DNA of 63,473 bases, filler included, from Corallochytrium limacisporum Hawaii (taxonomy: Eukaryota; Protista; Pluriformea), in assembly GCA_002811645.1 (NCBI GenBank). It is 5 parts of 5 records of this genome, joined end to end, with 100 filler letters (N's around TTAATTAATTAA, not from the genome) between each part and the next. Parts side by side here need not be neighbours in the genome. Positions count along the whole stretch, not along the records: positions 1 to 28,162 come from PDIP01000255.1; 4 more parts are not named here. One strand, written 5' to 3'. This document shows positions 10,727-23,000 of the stretch, piece by piece (positions within the stretch are counted from its first letter, which is position 1; each line of letters begins with the position of its first letter). The notes below the pieces were generated by a model, which saw only the letters and a list, made by a program, of their open reading frames with translations, was not told the DNA's origin and made no database searches. Made by a program: the position numbers and the translations under genes.

Positions 10727-12133
10727 TTAAGCACCAAGTTTCTTAGCCATGCGCTGAACCTGACCAAGAACGGCAGTCTTTGCAGTGCCGCCATAGACGT
10801 CGTACTGCTCCACACTGTGGTCAAAGTCCCAGACAGAAGTGACATCTTCGCCAAAGTTGGGGTCGATCTGCTTCAAGCGGTCTAAGGGTACGCCGTCCAG
10901 GTCACAACCGAGCTCCTCGGCGGCGCGCACAACCTCGCCACTCTTGCCGTGAGCCTGACGGAATGGCACACCGCGACGCACGAGGTAGTAGGCCACATCA
11001 GTGGCGAGCATCTGCACACTCAAAGCCTTGCGCATGGCTTCCTTGTCAATGGTGAGAGTGCTCATAACTCCCGTTGCAATCTGCACAATCTTGGTGAGCG
11101 TGTCAACAGCATCGAAGAGAGGCTCCTTATCTTCCTGAAGATCCTTGTTGTAGGTGGAGGGTAGACCCTTCATAGCAATGAGCAGAGTTGTCAGCTGGCC
11201 CTGCAGACGACCGGCTTTACCACGAATGAGCTCAAGGGAGTCCGGATTCTTCTTTTGTGGCATCAGACTTGAACCTGTGGAGTAGGCATCGGCCAGGGTG
11301 ACGAAGCTAAACTCTTTGGTCGAGTAGATGATCAGATCCTCAGCCCACCGGCTCAAATGGGATGTGATCATGGTGCCAATGAATAGAAACTCGGCGACAA
11401 AGTCCCGATCGCAAGTCGCCTTCAGACTGTTCTCCGTGACTGATGTGAAGCCAAGGTCCTTCGCCAGGGCGTGGCGGTCGACTTTGAACGGATTTCCCGC
11501 AAGTGCTCCTGACCCCAAAGGACAGCTGTTGATGCGTACACTGGCCTGCTGCAGACGGTCCAGGTCCTCGACCAAGTTCCAGGCATGACTGAGCATCCAG
11601 TGGCTCCAGCGGATGGGTTGGGCACGCTGTAGATGAGTGTAGCCGGGCATTAAAACGTCGACTTCCTCTTCAGCGCGCTTGCACACGACCTGAAGGAAGT
11701 GGCGGACATGGCCCTGCAGAGCCTCGGTATGCTTAATCAACCAAAGGCGAGTATCAGTAGCGACCTGGTCGTTCCTGCTCCGTCCCGTATGCAGCTTGCC
11801 AGCAATATTAGTCCCGATAATCTCTCCCAATCGACGCTCGTTGGCGGTGTGGATGTCCTCATCGCTAGGCATCAGGTTCTGGTCCATATATCCGGACTCC
11901 CATTCGCTCTTGACCTGCTCCAGACCGTTGTGAATGGCTGCACATTCGTCCTGTGTCAGCAGACCAGCTGCCGTGAGCGCGCTTGCGTAGGCGATAGATC
12001 CATCAACATCCTCCTTGTACATCTTCTTGTCGAACATCAGGCTCTGGTTGAACTCATCCATAAGAGGATCATTCGGGCCAGTGAACCGGCCGCCCCAAAG
12101 CCGACCTCCTTCTCCTGCATCCGTAGGTGCCAT
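10727..12133 (-). CDS. ASL: Argininosuccinate lyase
   Basis: LWGGRF, HTGRSRNDQ, MPGYTHLQRAQP and the fumarase-family signature GSSLMPQKKNPD. Confidence 0.98.
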   Translation of the reverse strand: MAPTDAGEGGRLWGGRFTGPNDPLMDEFNQSLMFDKKMYKEDVDGSIAYASALTAAGLLTQDECAAIHNGLEQVKSEWESGYMDQNLMPSDEDIHTANERRLGEIIGTNIAGKLHTGRSRNDQVATDTRLWLIKHTEALQGHVRHFLQVVCKRAEEEVDVLMPGYTHLQRAQPIRWSHWMLSHAWNLVEDLDRLQQASVRINSCPLGSGALAGNPFKVDRHALAKDLGFTSVTENSLKATCDRDFVAEFLFIGTMITSHLSRWAEDLIIYSTKEFSFVTLADAYSTGSSLMPQKKNPDSLELIRGKAGRLQGQLTTLLIAMKGLPSTYNKDLQEDKEPLFDAVDTLTKIVQIATGVMSTLTIDKEAMRKALSVQMLATDVAYYLVRRGVPFRQAHGKSGEVVRAAEELGCDLDGVPLDRLKQIDPNFGEDVTSVWDFDHSVEQYDVYGGTAKTAVLGQVQRMAKKLGA

Positions 12134-12965
12134 TTTTGCGGTTGTATTTCAACGAGAGCGTCACTCTGGTCTCCACAGGCCACACGGCCTATCGCCGAAT
12201 AGAACGCGACGATCTTGTATACCCTTCCCTGAATTTGTCAGCAAACCTACGGAATCCGTTGAAGCCGCATCAAATCATCCCACGAAGGATCAAATTCTCC
12301 GGCGAAGTCGCTTCACATATGCCGCCAAACGAGTAAACCGCACGGCAGCCCGATGTCACATCTGTTTCTCCCCGCAACAACACGCTCGCATCACCGACCT
12401 CCCCGACCGAACTGGCTGTTTCCGCCAGCACTCCCGGTTCACTAACAAACCTTTACCTTTTCTCATCCCCACCGGTAGTGGCGGAGTTGATGGCCATCTT
12501 ATAGCTGAACACCTAAATTGGGGGGATGGCATATATTTTCATGGATTAAAGAACCGGATTGGAAAATTGGAGTCCTGCAGATTTTAGGCCCCCGTCATTT
12601 GCAATCAGCCAGTCTGGCCAGGTTGGAGGTGTCGGTGGAGGTTGTATAGTGAATGTGCAGCTCACATGAAAGGCTGAGAATTTGGAGGGGTGAGGCGAGG
12701 AGGAGGTGTTTGCCAACCAAGTAGGTCACGGTGCTGGTCCCAAAGGGTCCGTAAGGCTCGTGTTCCTGGGATAAACTATGAAGCCGTAAGCAAGTGAGAA
12801 GCCCTGGCCGTGTGTATGTCAGTGACAGGGTTTATGAGACAACTGCCAAGTTACTTTGAATCGGATACTACCACATTTGGCTTTCTGTTCTCAGGTAGTT
12901 GAACACGTCGACAGTGCCCCCTGAGAGTAGCATACATGTGAGCGGCAAAACTGGAAACAGACACA

Positions 12966-13574
12966 ATGCTTGCTCCATTGCAATTGACACAAGTGAGCCG
13001 GCGTCTGGCTACAGCAATTGGTTGCTCACTTCTGGGCCCAAGGAATGGTGGCGGGCTCCATCGGTATATCACAACCAAAGTAACACAGTCAACGGATGAC
13101 GATCGGGTCTACGTTCATAATGTCACAGGTCATGACTATCCCAAGGCCGTGTCTTTCCTGAATGACAAACAGTGCCACAACAATATTCAGGATCCTGCTA
13201 TTATCGGATATCTAAAGGAGGGAAGTGATATTACGCCAAAGAACTTCGTCGAAGTTAAGGCATTTGTGGACTTTATGCACTATGTTGTACAGAAACACTG
13301 CGCAAGCAATCCAGTCCTCGAAACCAAGGCCTCAGTGCAGGAACAGGGATGGTTCCACATCCCTGATGAACGCGAGCCCACTATGCATGAGCGTATCCCG
13401 CATCCGGACAACATTGTAGCCAGTGTGAAACTATTGGGAGGCAAAATGCAGACGGACACGTATCAGCGTTGCCCTACGCATCGTGTTATCACAATGGATG
13501 GCATCATGCGGCTGGAACCCAAGCTGCATGCTCTCCTGGTCCAGGAGCTCGCTGATACGCAGCGCCCTGCATAG
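12966..13574 (+). CDS. Uncharacterised conserved protein with probable mitochondrial presequence
   Basis: Arg/Leu/Ser-rich N-terminus lacking acidic residues; GW.H..D.R.P...RI..P..I......G......YQ...T.R..T.DG pattern recalled from a family of fungal/protist hypothetical proteins; acaATG context; AATAAA at 13610. Confidence 0.75.
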   Translation: MLAPLQLTQVSRRLATAIGCSLLGPRNGGGLHRYITTKVTQSTDDDRVYVHNVTGHDYPKAVSFLNDKQCHNNIQDPAIIGYLKEGSDITPKNFVEVKAFVDFMHYVVQKHCASNPVLETKASVQEQGWFHIPDEREPTMHERIPHPDNIVASVKLLGGKMQTDTYQRCPTHRVITMDGIMRLEPKLHALLVQELADTQRPA

Positions 13575-14060
13575 TAGATCATTTCTCTTTAAGCAATCCC
13601 GCAACCAGCAATAAAGTTATGTACATAGTCAATAGTGCTCGCCCAGTAGAAGCAACGAAGGTTCACGGCCGCAAAACGTTAATGAATGTGGAATCTCCCG
13701 CAGGCAGACACCTAGTTTAATAATATGGAGGAGGAGCATGTCACGGGCATCACTGTAGATGGCGTTCGTCGCTCATCGCGAACCGCTTGCCACATCCTGT
13801 TATCATGCACGGGCCACTTGGTTTGAAAGCAAACTGAGGCGAAGGAGATCTGTGTTCCTCTGCTACGCTCCGCCTATGAAACTTGTGAGTCACACAGATC
13901 AAATCTCTTTCTGTGTCCAGTCCATTGCTTTTCTCCTTGCTGTACTATACCCATATCAACCCGTTTGATGTTTCGAACCTGGCCTAAAGTTACACGAAAG
14001 ACGCTGGTTTACGAGAAATGAGATGTTTTTAAGAACGACTATACTATGTCACGTGCACAT

Positions 14061-14998
14061 TTAGTGCTTCTTCATAGCCTCCTGGAAGGCAGCCAGGGCG
14101 GCGGCGCGCTGCTGCTCGAGCTGCTCGCGCTTGTGAGTGTTGCATCCGTAGGCAGCGTAGCCCAGACCGACAGCCAGAACAGGGAATCCGATAACGAGGA
14201 TGGCAAAGAGGTCTTGGCAAGAGATGGAACCGTCGTAGCAGTCATCGAAGGCATTAAGGGCAGCCTGATCGATCATGACAGGGCTCACAGTAAGGTTATC
14301 GGAGCGGCAGTTAGAGCACACACCGGCAAGAATGGGGTACAGCAGGATAACGAGCAGCACTCCCATGCTGAAGATGATCATACCAGTCCAGACGCGGAAC
14401 TTGTACACCCTCCTGTAAGTTTGAAAAAGTTAGACGTTATGAAACGAAAGAAGCAATGTTAGTATGTCAATTCACATGAAGATGGACACAAAGAATGAAA
14501 ACAAGAGAGCTTGCCCCGGGCACAGCAGTGTGTAGATCGTGTACGGCCTCTTCTCTCCCCATGTAAGTTGGTCATGGAGGCTCCGTGTTGAACACACGGA
14601 AGCCAGCCGGCGACTGCGCAGAGTGATATTTGCACGCAGGTCCCGCTAATGCACTGCTACAGCAAATTGTGGGGTACGAAGCCGACATATACCCGCGGAC
14701 TCCGCCACGCAAAGCTGACCAGCAGTTAAGTCTCCATGAACGTTGGAGCGTTGCACAGCGAATGCTCCTGCAGAAACCCGCTTCTCCCGTCAGAGACATA
14801 CGCGTGTTCCAGACCAACGACAACTTCGGTTAAGAGAGAGAGAGAGGTGGAGAGAAAGGCACGCACACAGACACACAGTTGCCATGCTTTGACAAGACAC
14901 TCTTTAAAACAAGATAGTACTTACTCCTTCTCCTGCTGGATTTCGAGCTGGCGGCGGGAAGAGATGCGCCTTACCATTCCGGAGTCCTGATCAGCCAT
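14061..14998 (-). CDS. Two-exon gene for a 141-aa two-TM protein: join(14998..14925, 14412..14061)
   Basis: Exon 1 (accATG, 74 nt, MADQDSGMVRRISSRRQLEIQQEK-GA) splices in frame to exon 2 (G-AGG-GTG-TAC..., RVYKFRVW...). Two hydrophobic helices flank a loop with 4 Cys. Confidence 0.85.
14413..14924 (-). other. 512-nt phase-2 U2-type spliceosomal intron
   Basis: Donor GA|GTAAGTACT at 14924, branch TACTAAC at 14464-14458, pyrimidine-rich tract, acceptor TTACAG| at 14413; removal restores the reading frame. Confidence 0.85.
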
Positions 14999-15374
14999 GG
15001 TGATTCTTAGTGTTTTGTTCGTTTGTTGTGTAAGTTAACCGAGGAAAGACTGATAGAAGAACGTTGATCAATCTCTAAGTACCACAGGCACTGTCTGTAA
15101 AGGTCGTCCGTGACCCGCCCTCAAATAGCCGCAGACTGCAACGATAGCAGACTTGACAATGACACTAACAGCTCACACAGACTTCAGGAAACAAACAAGC
15201 ACATCAGACCCGCACAACTTCCCAAAAGGAAGTCTCCGTTGTGCTTCCCCGTGTCGTATGAAATCAAAGGGAAGCCGTGACACACGAGTGCAAGAAAGGG
15301 GAAGAGCGAGTACTTGAGTGTGGGGGCTGTCGTCGTTCGGCTTTTTCGCTCCCTTCCATTATTCTCCCCCCCCC

Positions 15375-15605
15375 NNNNNNNNNNNNNNNNNNNNNNNNNN
15401 NNNNNNNNNNNNNNNNNNNNNNNNNNNNNNNNNNNNNNNNNNNNNNNNNNNNNNNNNNNNNNNNNNNNNNNNNNNNNNNNNNNNNNNNNNNNNNNNNNNN
15501 NNNNNNNNNNNNNNNNNNNNNNNNNNNNNNNNNNNNNNNNNNNNNNNNNNNNNNNNNNNNNNNNNNNNNNNNNNNNNNNNNNNNNNNNNNNNNNNNNNNN
15601 NNNNN
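15375..15605. other. Assembly gap
   Basis: Run of N flanked by C-tracts. Confidence 0.99.
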
Positions 15606-17319
15606 CCTCCCCTTCCCTCTCTCTCCCCTTCTCCCCGCTGTCCCCCCCTCTCCATTCCCTGCTTCCTCCTCCTCCCCCCTCCTTCTTCACACGGGTCGGT
15701 TCCTTAGTTTGATAGGTGGCGTGCGTGTCTTCTCTACTTTTGGTCACAGCGGTCATAGTAATTGCATGCCTGACGGAAGTGTTGCGTTTGCCGATGGCAA
15801 GTCAACGGAAAAGTGGCGAGCGGAGCGTATAGCGTTGGCAACTTTGGAGGGCGTTACGTTTCACCCTGCACATGCGACATGCTCAAACGCAACGGACACC
15901 GATTTGGCTCACGCAAGAAAACGACTCGGGCGGCCCGCATCGCACGCAACTGGACGGGCGGAAAGGGGGGAGGTCTGTATGCCCCGAAGGAGCCCCACCC
16001 GGTATTTTACCGCCCTTTTTCCTTTCCCTTTTTTCTTTTGTGGTTCACCATATTTTTTATTTTCAATTGGTTCCCGTGATTGACCGAACTTCAGGGAACG
16101 AACGGACATGGTACGTCAGCGACGAAACATTAAAGCCGACGGGAGGAAGGAGGGAGAGGGGAACTGTGCCGGTGCGATACCTCATCCATTCCGCGCCCCT
16201 TCAATAGTCTATACTAAGTAAACTTAAATGGGAAACAAGAAAATGATTTCTCACCGTCGGCATTAACTTTTATTTCAGCGTCTGTTTAATTTCATTCGGT
16301 TGTGGTGAGGATCGTCGTTTGCTTCGGAGCACGAAATCACGGGAGAGAGTCTCTCCACTTCCTTCCTTCCCCCCTCCCCAAATTTTGTCTGACTATGCCG
16401 CAAAGAAAAAGAATGGAAGGAAAATGAACCAGACAGGCACGGGACGAAAAATTAATCTCCGAGCAAGTCAGCCCTTCCCACCTCCCCCCCCCCCGGGGGG
16501 GGGCGGTGGGGGAGGGGGAGAGAAAAGGAAGAGCAAGCGGAAAGGGCAGTGGGGAAAGCGGAAGGTTGGACAGTTTCAAAACACCCCATATCTGAACGAA
16601 GGCAAAAATAACAACGCAAGAACATCCCTCTCCCGCAGATCACCTGCCCTCCCCTCCCTTTTTTTGTATTTGGCACGGTCTTTTCCCTTGGGACCGTACC
16701 TCCAAAAATAGAACCTCGGCGAGCCCGTAAAGAGACCAAGAAATGCGCAAGACTGTCTCCTTATCCGTATGCGAACGGCCCCCGAAAACCACGCCACCGT
16801 TGGCTGCTGCACACACCGCACTGGTATAATCGCGATATGGCATCTATTTCACTGCGGGTGTGTGTGTGTGTACTTTTTCTTTGTCCTTTCATTTTTCTTT
16901 TTTTATTTTTGGGGCTATAAAGTCTTCGCTCCTCACCCGCTGCTGCTGCCGCTGCCGTCTCTTCCGATCGACGACGGCGACGACCATTAAATCTAACGAG
17001 CCGCAAGTAATTGTTTGCGGGTGGACCTATACCCTGGTGTTGGAACCCTAATTTTTTCGGAATTAGTACGCTTGTTGAGGATAGAGACTTGCTTACCGTT
17101 CGTAGGTGAGAGGAGTGGGTCCTCTACACAATATCCAGTTGCTGCAGTTGTCCCAAAGATCTCTGAATGCCGAGAATTCACTGATGGCTCTATGTGAGTG
17201 GATGCGATGCGTGTGATCATGATGTGACCCGAATGCCCTGTGCGTGGCGGCCACGGAACATCATCAGAGAATAATAACAACAAACCCGAGAATTCCAAAC
17301 AAACAGCCCTCTTACGCAG

Positions 17320-17649
17320 TCATGATGGCAATCTATGAGAACCTGTGTAGAGAACATGGTTCCCGACTTTACTTGTTTCTACCCTAGCAAAAGCACCGGT
17401 GCGGGGTGGAGGATGTCGGAGCCACCAGTCCTCAATGAACTCTGTCCATTTTTTGTGCCGAGACGCGGGGCGCCCGGCGGTTAAATACCCCCGGTGCTTT
17501 CGACCGACCCTTCCTTCGTTTCCGGTCGCAGGTACCGGAGTTTTGGAACCGGTTTTGGTAGTGAAAGTACTGAAGGATGTCATCTGGTTTCCGGAACTCC
17601 TTTTAATTATTGATGTTTCTTGGGAGGACGTAGTTTTCTGATCTTTCAT
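17320..17649 (-). CDS. Possible orphan small ORF (109 aa, MKDQKTTSS...)
   Basis: ATG with A at -3 inside a 191-codon open frame in a non-repetitive block; no recognisable family. Confidence 0.2.
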   Translation of the reverse strand: MKDQKTTSSQETSIIKRSSGNQMTSFSTFTTKTGSKTPVPATGNEGRVGRKHRGYLTAGRPASRHKKWTEFIEDWWLRHPPPRTGAFARVETSKVGNHVLYTGSHRLPS

Positions 17650-18286
17650 CTTCTCAGCAATCTTAGCGAGTGTCGTACAAGTCCCCCCAACATTTATAAC
17701 CACTATGTATATACTAAATATATGAGTTCTCTCCCTACGAATGTTGCTCTGTGTCAAAAACACGGCAGTTGTTAACACCGCTGGCCGATTCGATTTTTTC
17801 CGTCGGAGAGAGATCGATGGCAGGAGCAGCGCCGAAGAAGTGGTGGTGGTGGGTCTGTTGAGAGGCAAATAGGGAGCGCCACTGACTATAGACACTCAGC
17901 AGGAAAACCAAAAGTGGAGATTGATCGGTGTTTTTTCTTATTTTGTATTGTGTTTCTGGGCTGGGTCCTTTTTTGTTTTTGGGTCGGTTGGTTGTAGGGA
18001 CCATCTATGGCCATGGCCACTGTACTGTCGCAAAGTATGTGCTCACTCAAACGACCAAACCAGAGACCGACAACGGAGACGCGCCCAAAAACAGACACCC
18101 ACTGGCAATCCCACCAGAGATTGATTTTAGGTAGTTTCACTATAGAGACCGCGTTCCCGGCGGAAAATGGAACGAATATCATCTCCATACTGCTGTATGC
18201 ACGGGTGTCCCTTCGGTTTGCCAGGTAGCAACTTTCAAAAAAAATTCATGAACTTTTCATGTACTAGAATCTCAGTGTCTGAATGA

Positions 18287-18310
18287 GGGAAGGGGTAGGG
18301 AGGGGTAGGG
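18287..18310 (+). repeat. Canonical G-quadruplex motif with a 10-bp tandem duplication (AGGGGTAGGG)x2
   Basis: GGG-AA-GGGG-TA-GGG-A-GGGG-TA-GGG. Confidence 0.7.
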
Positions 18311-19822
18311 ATCGATGTCTGATCTTTAATCATCCCACGTTTCTTATTTAGCTACCTTATTGTAGTCCAGGGTGTGGACCAACAAGCAGTTTAAAGGAGC
18401 TAGCGAAAGGACAAAACCATAAATGCGAGTGGTCGGGTTCGTCTGTAAATTAATAGAAGTATGTTCACTATAGGATCCGGCACCCAAACAATATGAAAAT
18501 CTACGCACCAAGCAACAGCAACACCGGAGTCCGAGGCCCACAAATAAGTTTAGTTACGGAGAAAGATGAGAGCAAAATGAGCTGACGGCCCCGTAGGAGA
18601 CAGGGAGGGGGGGACACCAAATGACGTGGTTGATTATCTATACCTAAACCCTAAGAAAAAAATCCAATTTCTTCCCAAGGAACGTAGACAAAAGGGAGAG
18701 CGGTGAACTACCAAATCCGAGCCACTTGGGTAAAAGATTGCCATCACCACCTTGTCCGATTTCTACATGCTGTCACTTAAAGAGATAGGCATCAATCGAA
18801 AAGAAGACCAGAGAACAATAAAGTAATTACCAGTACTGTCTCTGTGTGACTAAAATGCATATACGTGATGGCTCCTCTATGCCCCGTTTTAGTTTCACTT
18901 TGAAAAAAGGGGGGGGGGGGGGCTTTTTGGACACTTGTACCATTTTTGTGCGCCTTGGTTTGGTGCGTGTTATTTCGTGATATGGCTACATGCCAAAGCG
19001 GTCGGATTCGGTAGACTGGGCTATTTCAGTATAAAACATATAGACATATTTTCGCAAATTCATCTAATATTATACAAATTGCAAGGGGTAGTGAAATCGA
19101 TACAAATCAGCTCTACCCCGTAAAACCCCCCTCCCTTTTGCTCAACCGAGGGTAAGCGTTCCATAGTTCCAATATAAGGCAATTGGGTGTGGGGAAATTG
19201 GGGGCCGAGAGAGAACGAGCGGAGAGAAGTAATTAATCTCCTCCCCCACCCCTTTACCAGGGAGGGGCGAGGTGTCTCATCTACTCATCCGTTTTCCATA
19301 CCCGACCCTACTTCCAATAGCAAAAGTATGAAATACCATGGTGTTCATCTGGGAAAAGGTGAATTTGTTTGTTGCGCTTCGACGACCGACCGATAGCTAG
19401 ATTATGAACATTGTCAAAGAGATCCGCGACATACTTAGTTTACTGAACAGGCACATAACGGCGGCTATCATATTCTTGATGTTTGTCGGGGGTGGGTCTC
19501 ACCCGCGGTTAATGGGTGAGAATGCACGGAGCTGACCGGGCACACTGCTTTAACCCAAAATGGAGCACGAAATGAGCCAGGGGAGAAAGGGAGGGAGGGG
19601 GGGGGAGAGCGCATGTTCCTTTTGCACTCCATTGTTTGCCTTTCGTCGGTTCCGCAAGCGGCCATGGTCTGGCCATACTTTCTGCACTACCTTCTTCGAG
19701 CCGGATTTTCGCACACCCCCTTCCATTGTGCGTAGATTGGTGTTCTCACACTACGCGTTTTTCATTCTTCGGTTCTTATTTTGTGGCGTTCTTGGACGAT
19801 CGGCCACATGGGCTGTGTGCCC

Positions 19823-20056
19823 NNNNNNNNNNNNNNNNNNNNNNNNNNNNNNNNNNNNNNNNNNNNNNNNNNNNNNNNNNNNNNNNNNNNNNNNNNNNNN
19901 NNNNNNNNNNNNNNNNNNNNNNNNNNNNNNNNNNNNNNNNNNNNNNNNNNNNNNNNNNNNNNNNNNNNNNNNNNNNNNNNNNNNNNNNNNNNNNNNNNNN
20001 NNNNNNNNNNNNNNNNNNNNNNNNNNNNNNNNNNNNNNNNNNNNNNNNNNNNNNNN
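19823..20056. other. Assembly gap
   Basis: Run of N. Confidence 0.99.
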
Positions 20057-23000
20057 GAGGGGAGGGGATGGAAGGAGCGGTGAGAGTGGGTCCCCGGGGA
20101 TGGAGCCAGGGCGGAAAATGTACTCAGAGAACTTACAACAAAGCGCCCATGACCTCTACCCGCACCATACGAAACACACGCGCGCCCTCTCTCTCCGATT
20201 AGGAAAAGTTTGGAATCCTTCGTTTTCGTAAAGTTGTTCCACTGGCCAAACTCTTGCGCACATTCACTCAAGTGTCTACGGTTAGACAGCGCCCTACATT
20301 AGTATGCGATAGAGTTACGACGTCTGTCTCCGATTGGCATTCAGCATATTCATCCGCAGAGTGGTTGCCTCCAGGCGCGCTTGTCACCTACCCATGGAAA
20401 AGATTGAGATGTGGGGCAAGTGCGCAGGAGGTAAGTTTGACATCGCAATCACATGGTATGTGACGGTCATGAACTCTCGCCTCCATCATCGGTGATGCTC
20501 TTACGGAACGCGCTGGCAGAATCCAGCATCTTCAGTATACGCTTGCTATCTCGCCCATCCGCACGTACGCTTCTCTGTTCGTCCCCACATGCGTGTCTCG
20601 TCTCCCCCCTGACCGCTATTAGAGCGTATATTAAACATTTGGGAACGACGGTAGAGTTGGGTGGTCAACGACGAGCTGGCGCAAAATTGTATAGTGGGTG
20701 TGTGGTTCGTTTTCTTTCTATTTCGGCGTGTGCGCCCCCTCCCCCTTCCGCAATTTCACAGTCCGTCAAAGTGGATCTCTCGACCACGAGGTTCGGGGTC
20801 CCGCGAGGAGAAGAGAGAGGGGAGGGGCCTGGTCTGCGTTCTCAATTTTCTCACCGCTGGAGCCTGGCAGACGACTTCGAGAGCCGGTCATCGACAGGTG
20901 CCGAAGGGACCATTGAATTTGTACTGTGTGTAGCATTCACTGTCTGTCACTGAGTCGAAATATTGAAGGGAGCTCAAGACCAAAGAAGGGAACCGAGAGG
21001 CCTTTGGAGATTTGTTCTTTATCAGCACCTCTCAGACCCGTAGTTTCCCATCGGAATCGATTGTTGATGGATGGATGGGTAATGGATGAATGTCCCGCCA
21101 CCTGTTCTCTCTAACGGTCTTTCTCCATGGTCCAAGCATGATGAGCACCCGTACGAATTGAGCGTATATATGGCATCCATGTTTGGTTATCATGCTTCCA
21201 TGATGATTGATGATGATGATTATGTGCAGTGAAGGTGGTCGTGACGGTCACCTCACACCTTTTGTGAAACGGTTGGTTTGATGGGGACAGTCCACACATG
21301 GATTGATGTGGTTGGATCATTGTCAAAAAATGTGTCGAAAAGAATCATGCGCAGGTCAGTATTGGTTGGTGATGATAGTGGTTGATGACGACGGTTGATG
21401 ACGACGGCGAGCAACAAGAATATACACAGGTCAGTATGCGAAAGGGGTACGGCAAATATTTTACCTCCGCACACAACACATCCCACTCGTGTCTCTCTTG
21501 CATCCTATGATCATCCGTTGCCTCTGTACTTCCCGCACATACACCGCCATAGTCACTGATGGGAAGAGGGAGACGGACTAAAAGATGTGCCCGACCCTCT
21601 GATGATCACCACAGAGGTCTCAGAGGTTGACCAATCCTACCAGCGCCTCATCCATTTTTGGCCCGTGAAAGACGAATTTAGTTTTCGTCGCTGTGGCCAA
21701 AAACCGCGGGGAGATCCGAAATGGCAAAAAAGATACGGTCTGTTTAGTACCGACAACAGACATCAGAGATATAATCAGTGTTACGGTGGGACAAGGGAAG
21801 CGAAAACGGAACATTGTTGCTTGCGTCAGGTAGTGGCTGTGCCTGCCCTGCACGAGTCATCGTCCCCACTGTCCATACCACCATTACAATGTTTCTCAAG
21901 ACCGTCGTATCTAACCAAGTATGGAATCTTTCTCGTGTGGCCCTCCGAATCTCCCGGTCGACTTTGTTGAGGAACTTCTTTGACGGTCGAGGCCTGACTT
22001 CGGCGAGCACGACTCTTGTGAGAAGAGTATGGAAACCCTGAGAAAGTTCTCGCTCGGCTCTCTCTGGCTTGCCGAGGACCCACGACGTCGCTAAGGGATG
22101 TCAATGTTTCAATTTTATGTTCTCTGTCATTTTCAATACCCACTGGCCACTGGGATAACCCCGCGGTGGGAGTTTCAGCGGTGCACCTCCCCCACTCTCA
22201 CCAAAAAAGAAAAGAGGAGACGAAGAAAGGGAACCCCTTGTTCCAAAACTAGTCATTGATTCAGAAATATATTTCATATTCAGAGATTCCATATTGAGTA
22301 TATTAAAAAGAACGAGAGCGGGGAAGCAAGCGGTGGCCCGGGTCGGGGTGGGTGGGTGTACGGCACGGATTGTTTGTGGCGGGACAGAATGAGTATATTC
22401 ACTATAGCGCGGCCGCCTGTGGGAACTGACGTGCAGCACAGGGCAGGTTCGTACCCTCCCTCTCCAAGTGCGGGGTACCTGCATGTTACTCTAAACGTCT
22501 GGGTGCGCAGTTCCATGTTTCATACAATTAGTATGGATATCTCGTACCCAACGCACAAAATCAGTGTCATAGATGGGTGGTGTATAATCCACCAGCTGGT
22601 GGGCTGGGCCAAATGCCCGTCCGAACCTGCCAAAATCTTCCATTGTTTTCAGTACAAGTTCCGACATCTACCACTTTTTCCTTGCCCTCATCCCCGCAAA
22701 AGTCCCCTCGGGACCACAACAAAAACTGTATCAGACGTGGCCCAGTGCTCAGTACTTTCGCTATAGAGAGCAAAGGGGCCACATCTCGAGCAACGGTGGG
22801 CACCGCAAGGGAAGGGAGGAGCCGCCGCGGGGGGGGGCATTCGCATTGGTGTGCATTTTTCCCACATTGTTTGGCACTGGGCCAAGAAAACCTGGACTGT
22901 TCAGCAACGGAAAAGAGGGGTGGGTCTCAAGCCGGTCCGTGCTCGGGGCCTCCTCTACCAAACGAAGGGGGAGAGAGAAGGGCGGCCCGGGGAGGGGGGT

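Noticed and set aside
15030-15171. Plus-strand GTAAGT ... CACTAACAG mini-intron
   Set aside because: Antisense to the promoter/leader of the 14998 gene with no host ORF; compatible with chance
18643-18653. CTAAACCCTAA telomere- or template-like sequence
   Set aside because: Single 1.5-unit copy without supporting structure
21599-21692. Hammerhead-like CTGATGA...GAAA
   Set aside because: Stem II does not close and no UH cleavage site follows stem III
21778-22041. Short ORF ending in a presequence-like peptide (MFLKTVVSNQVW...)
   Set aside because: Only 50 codons from the ATG, with no downstream domain or splice support
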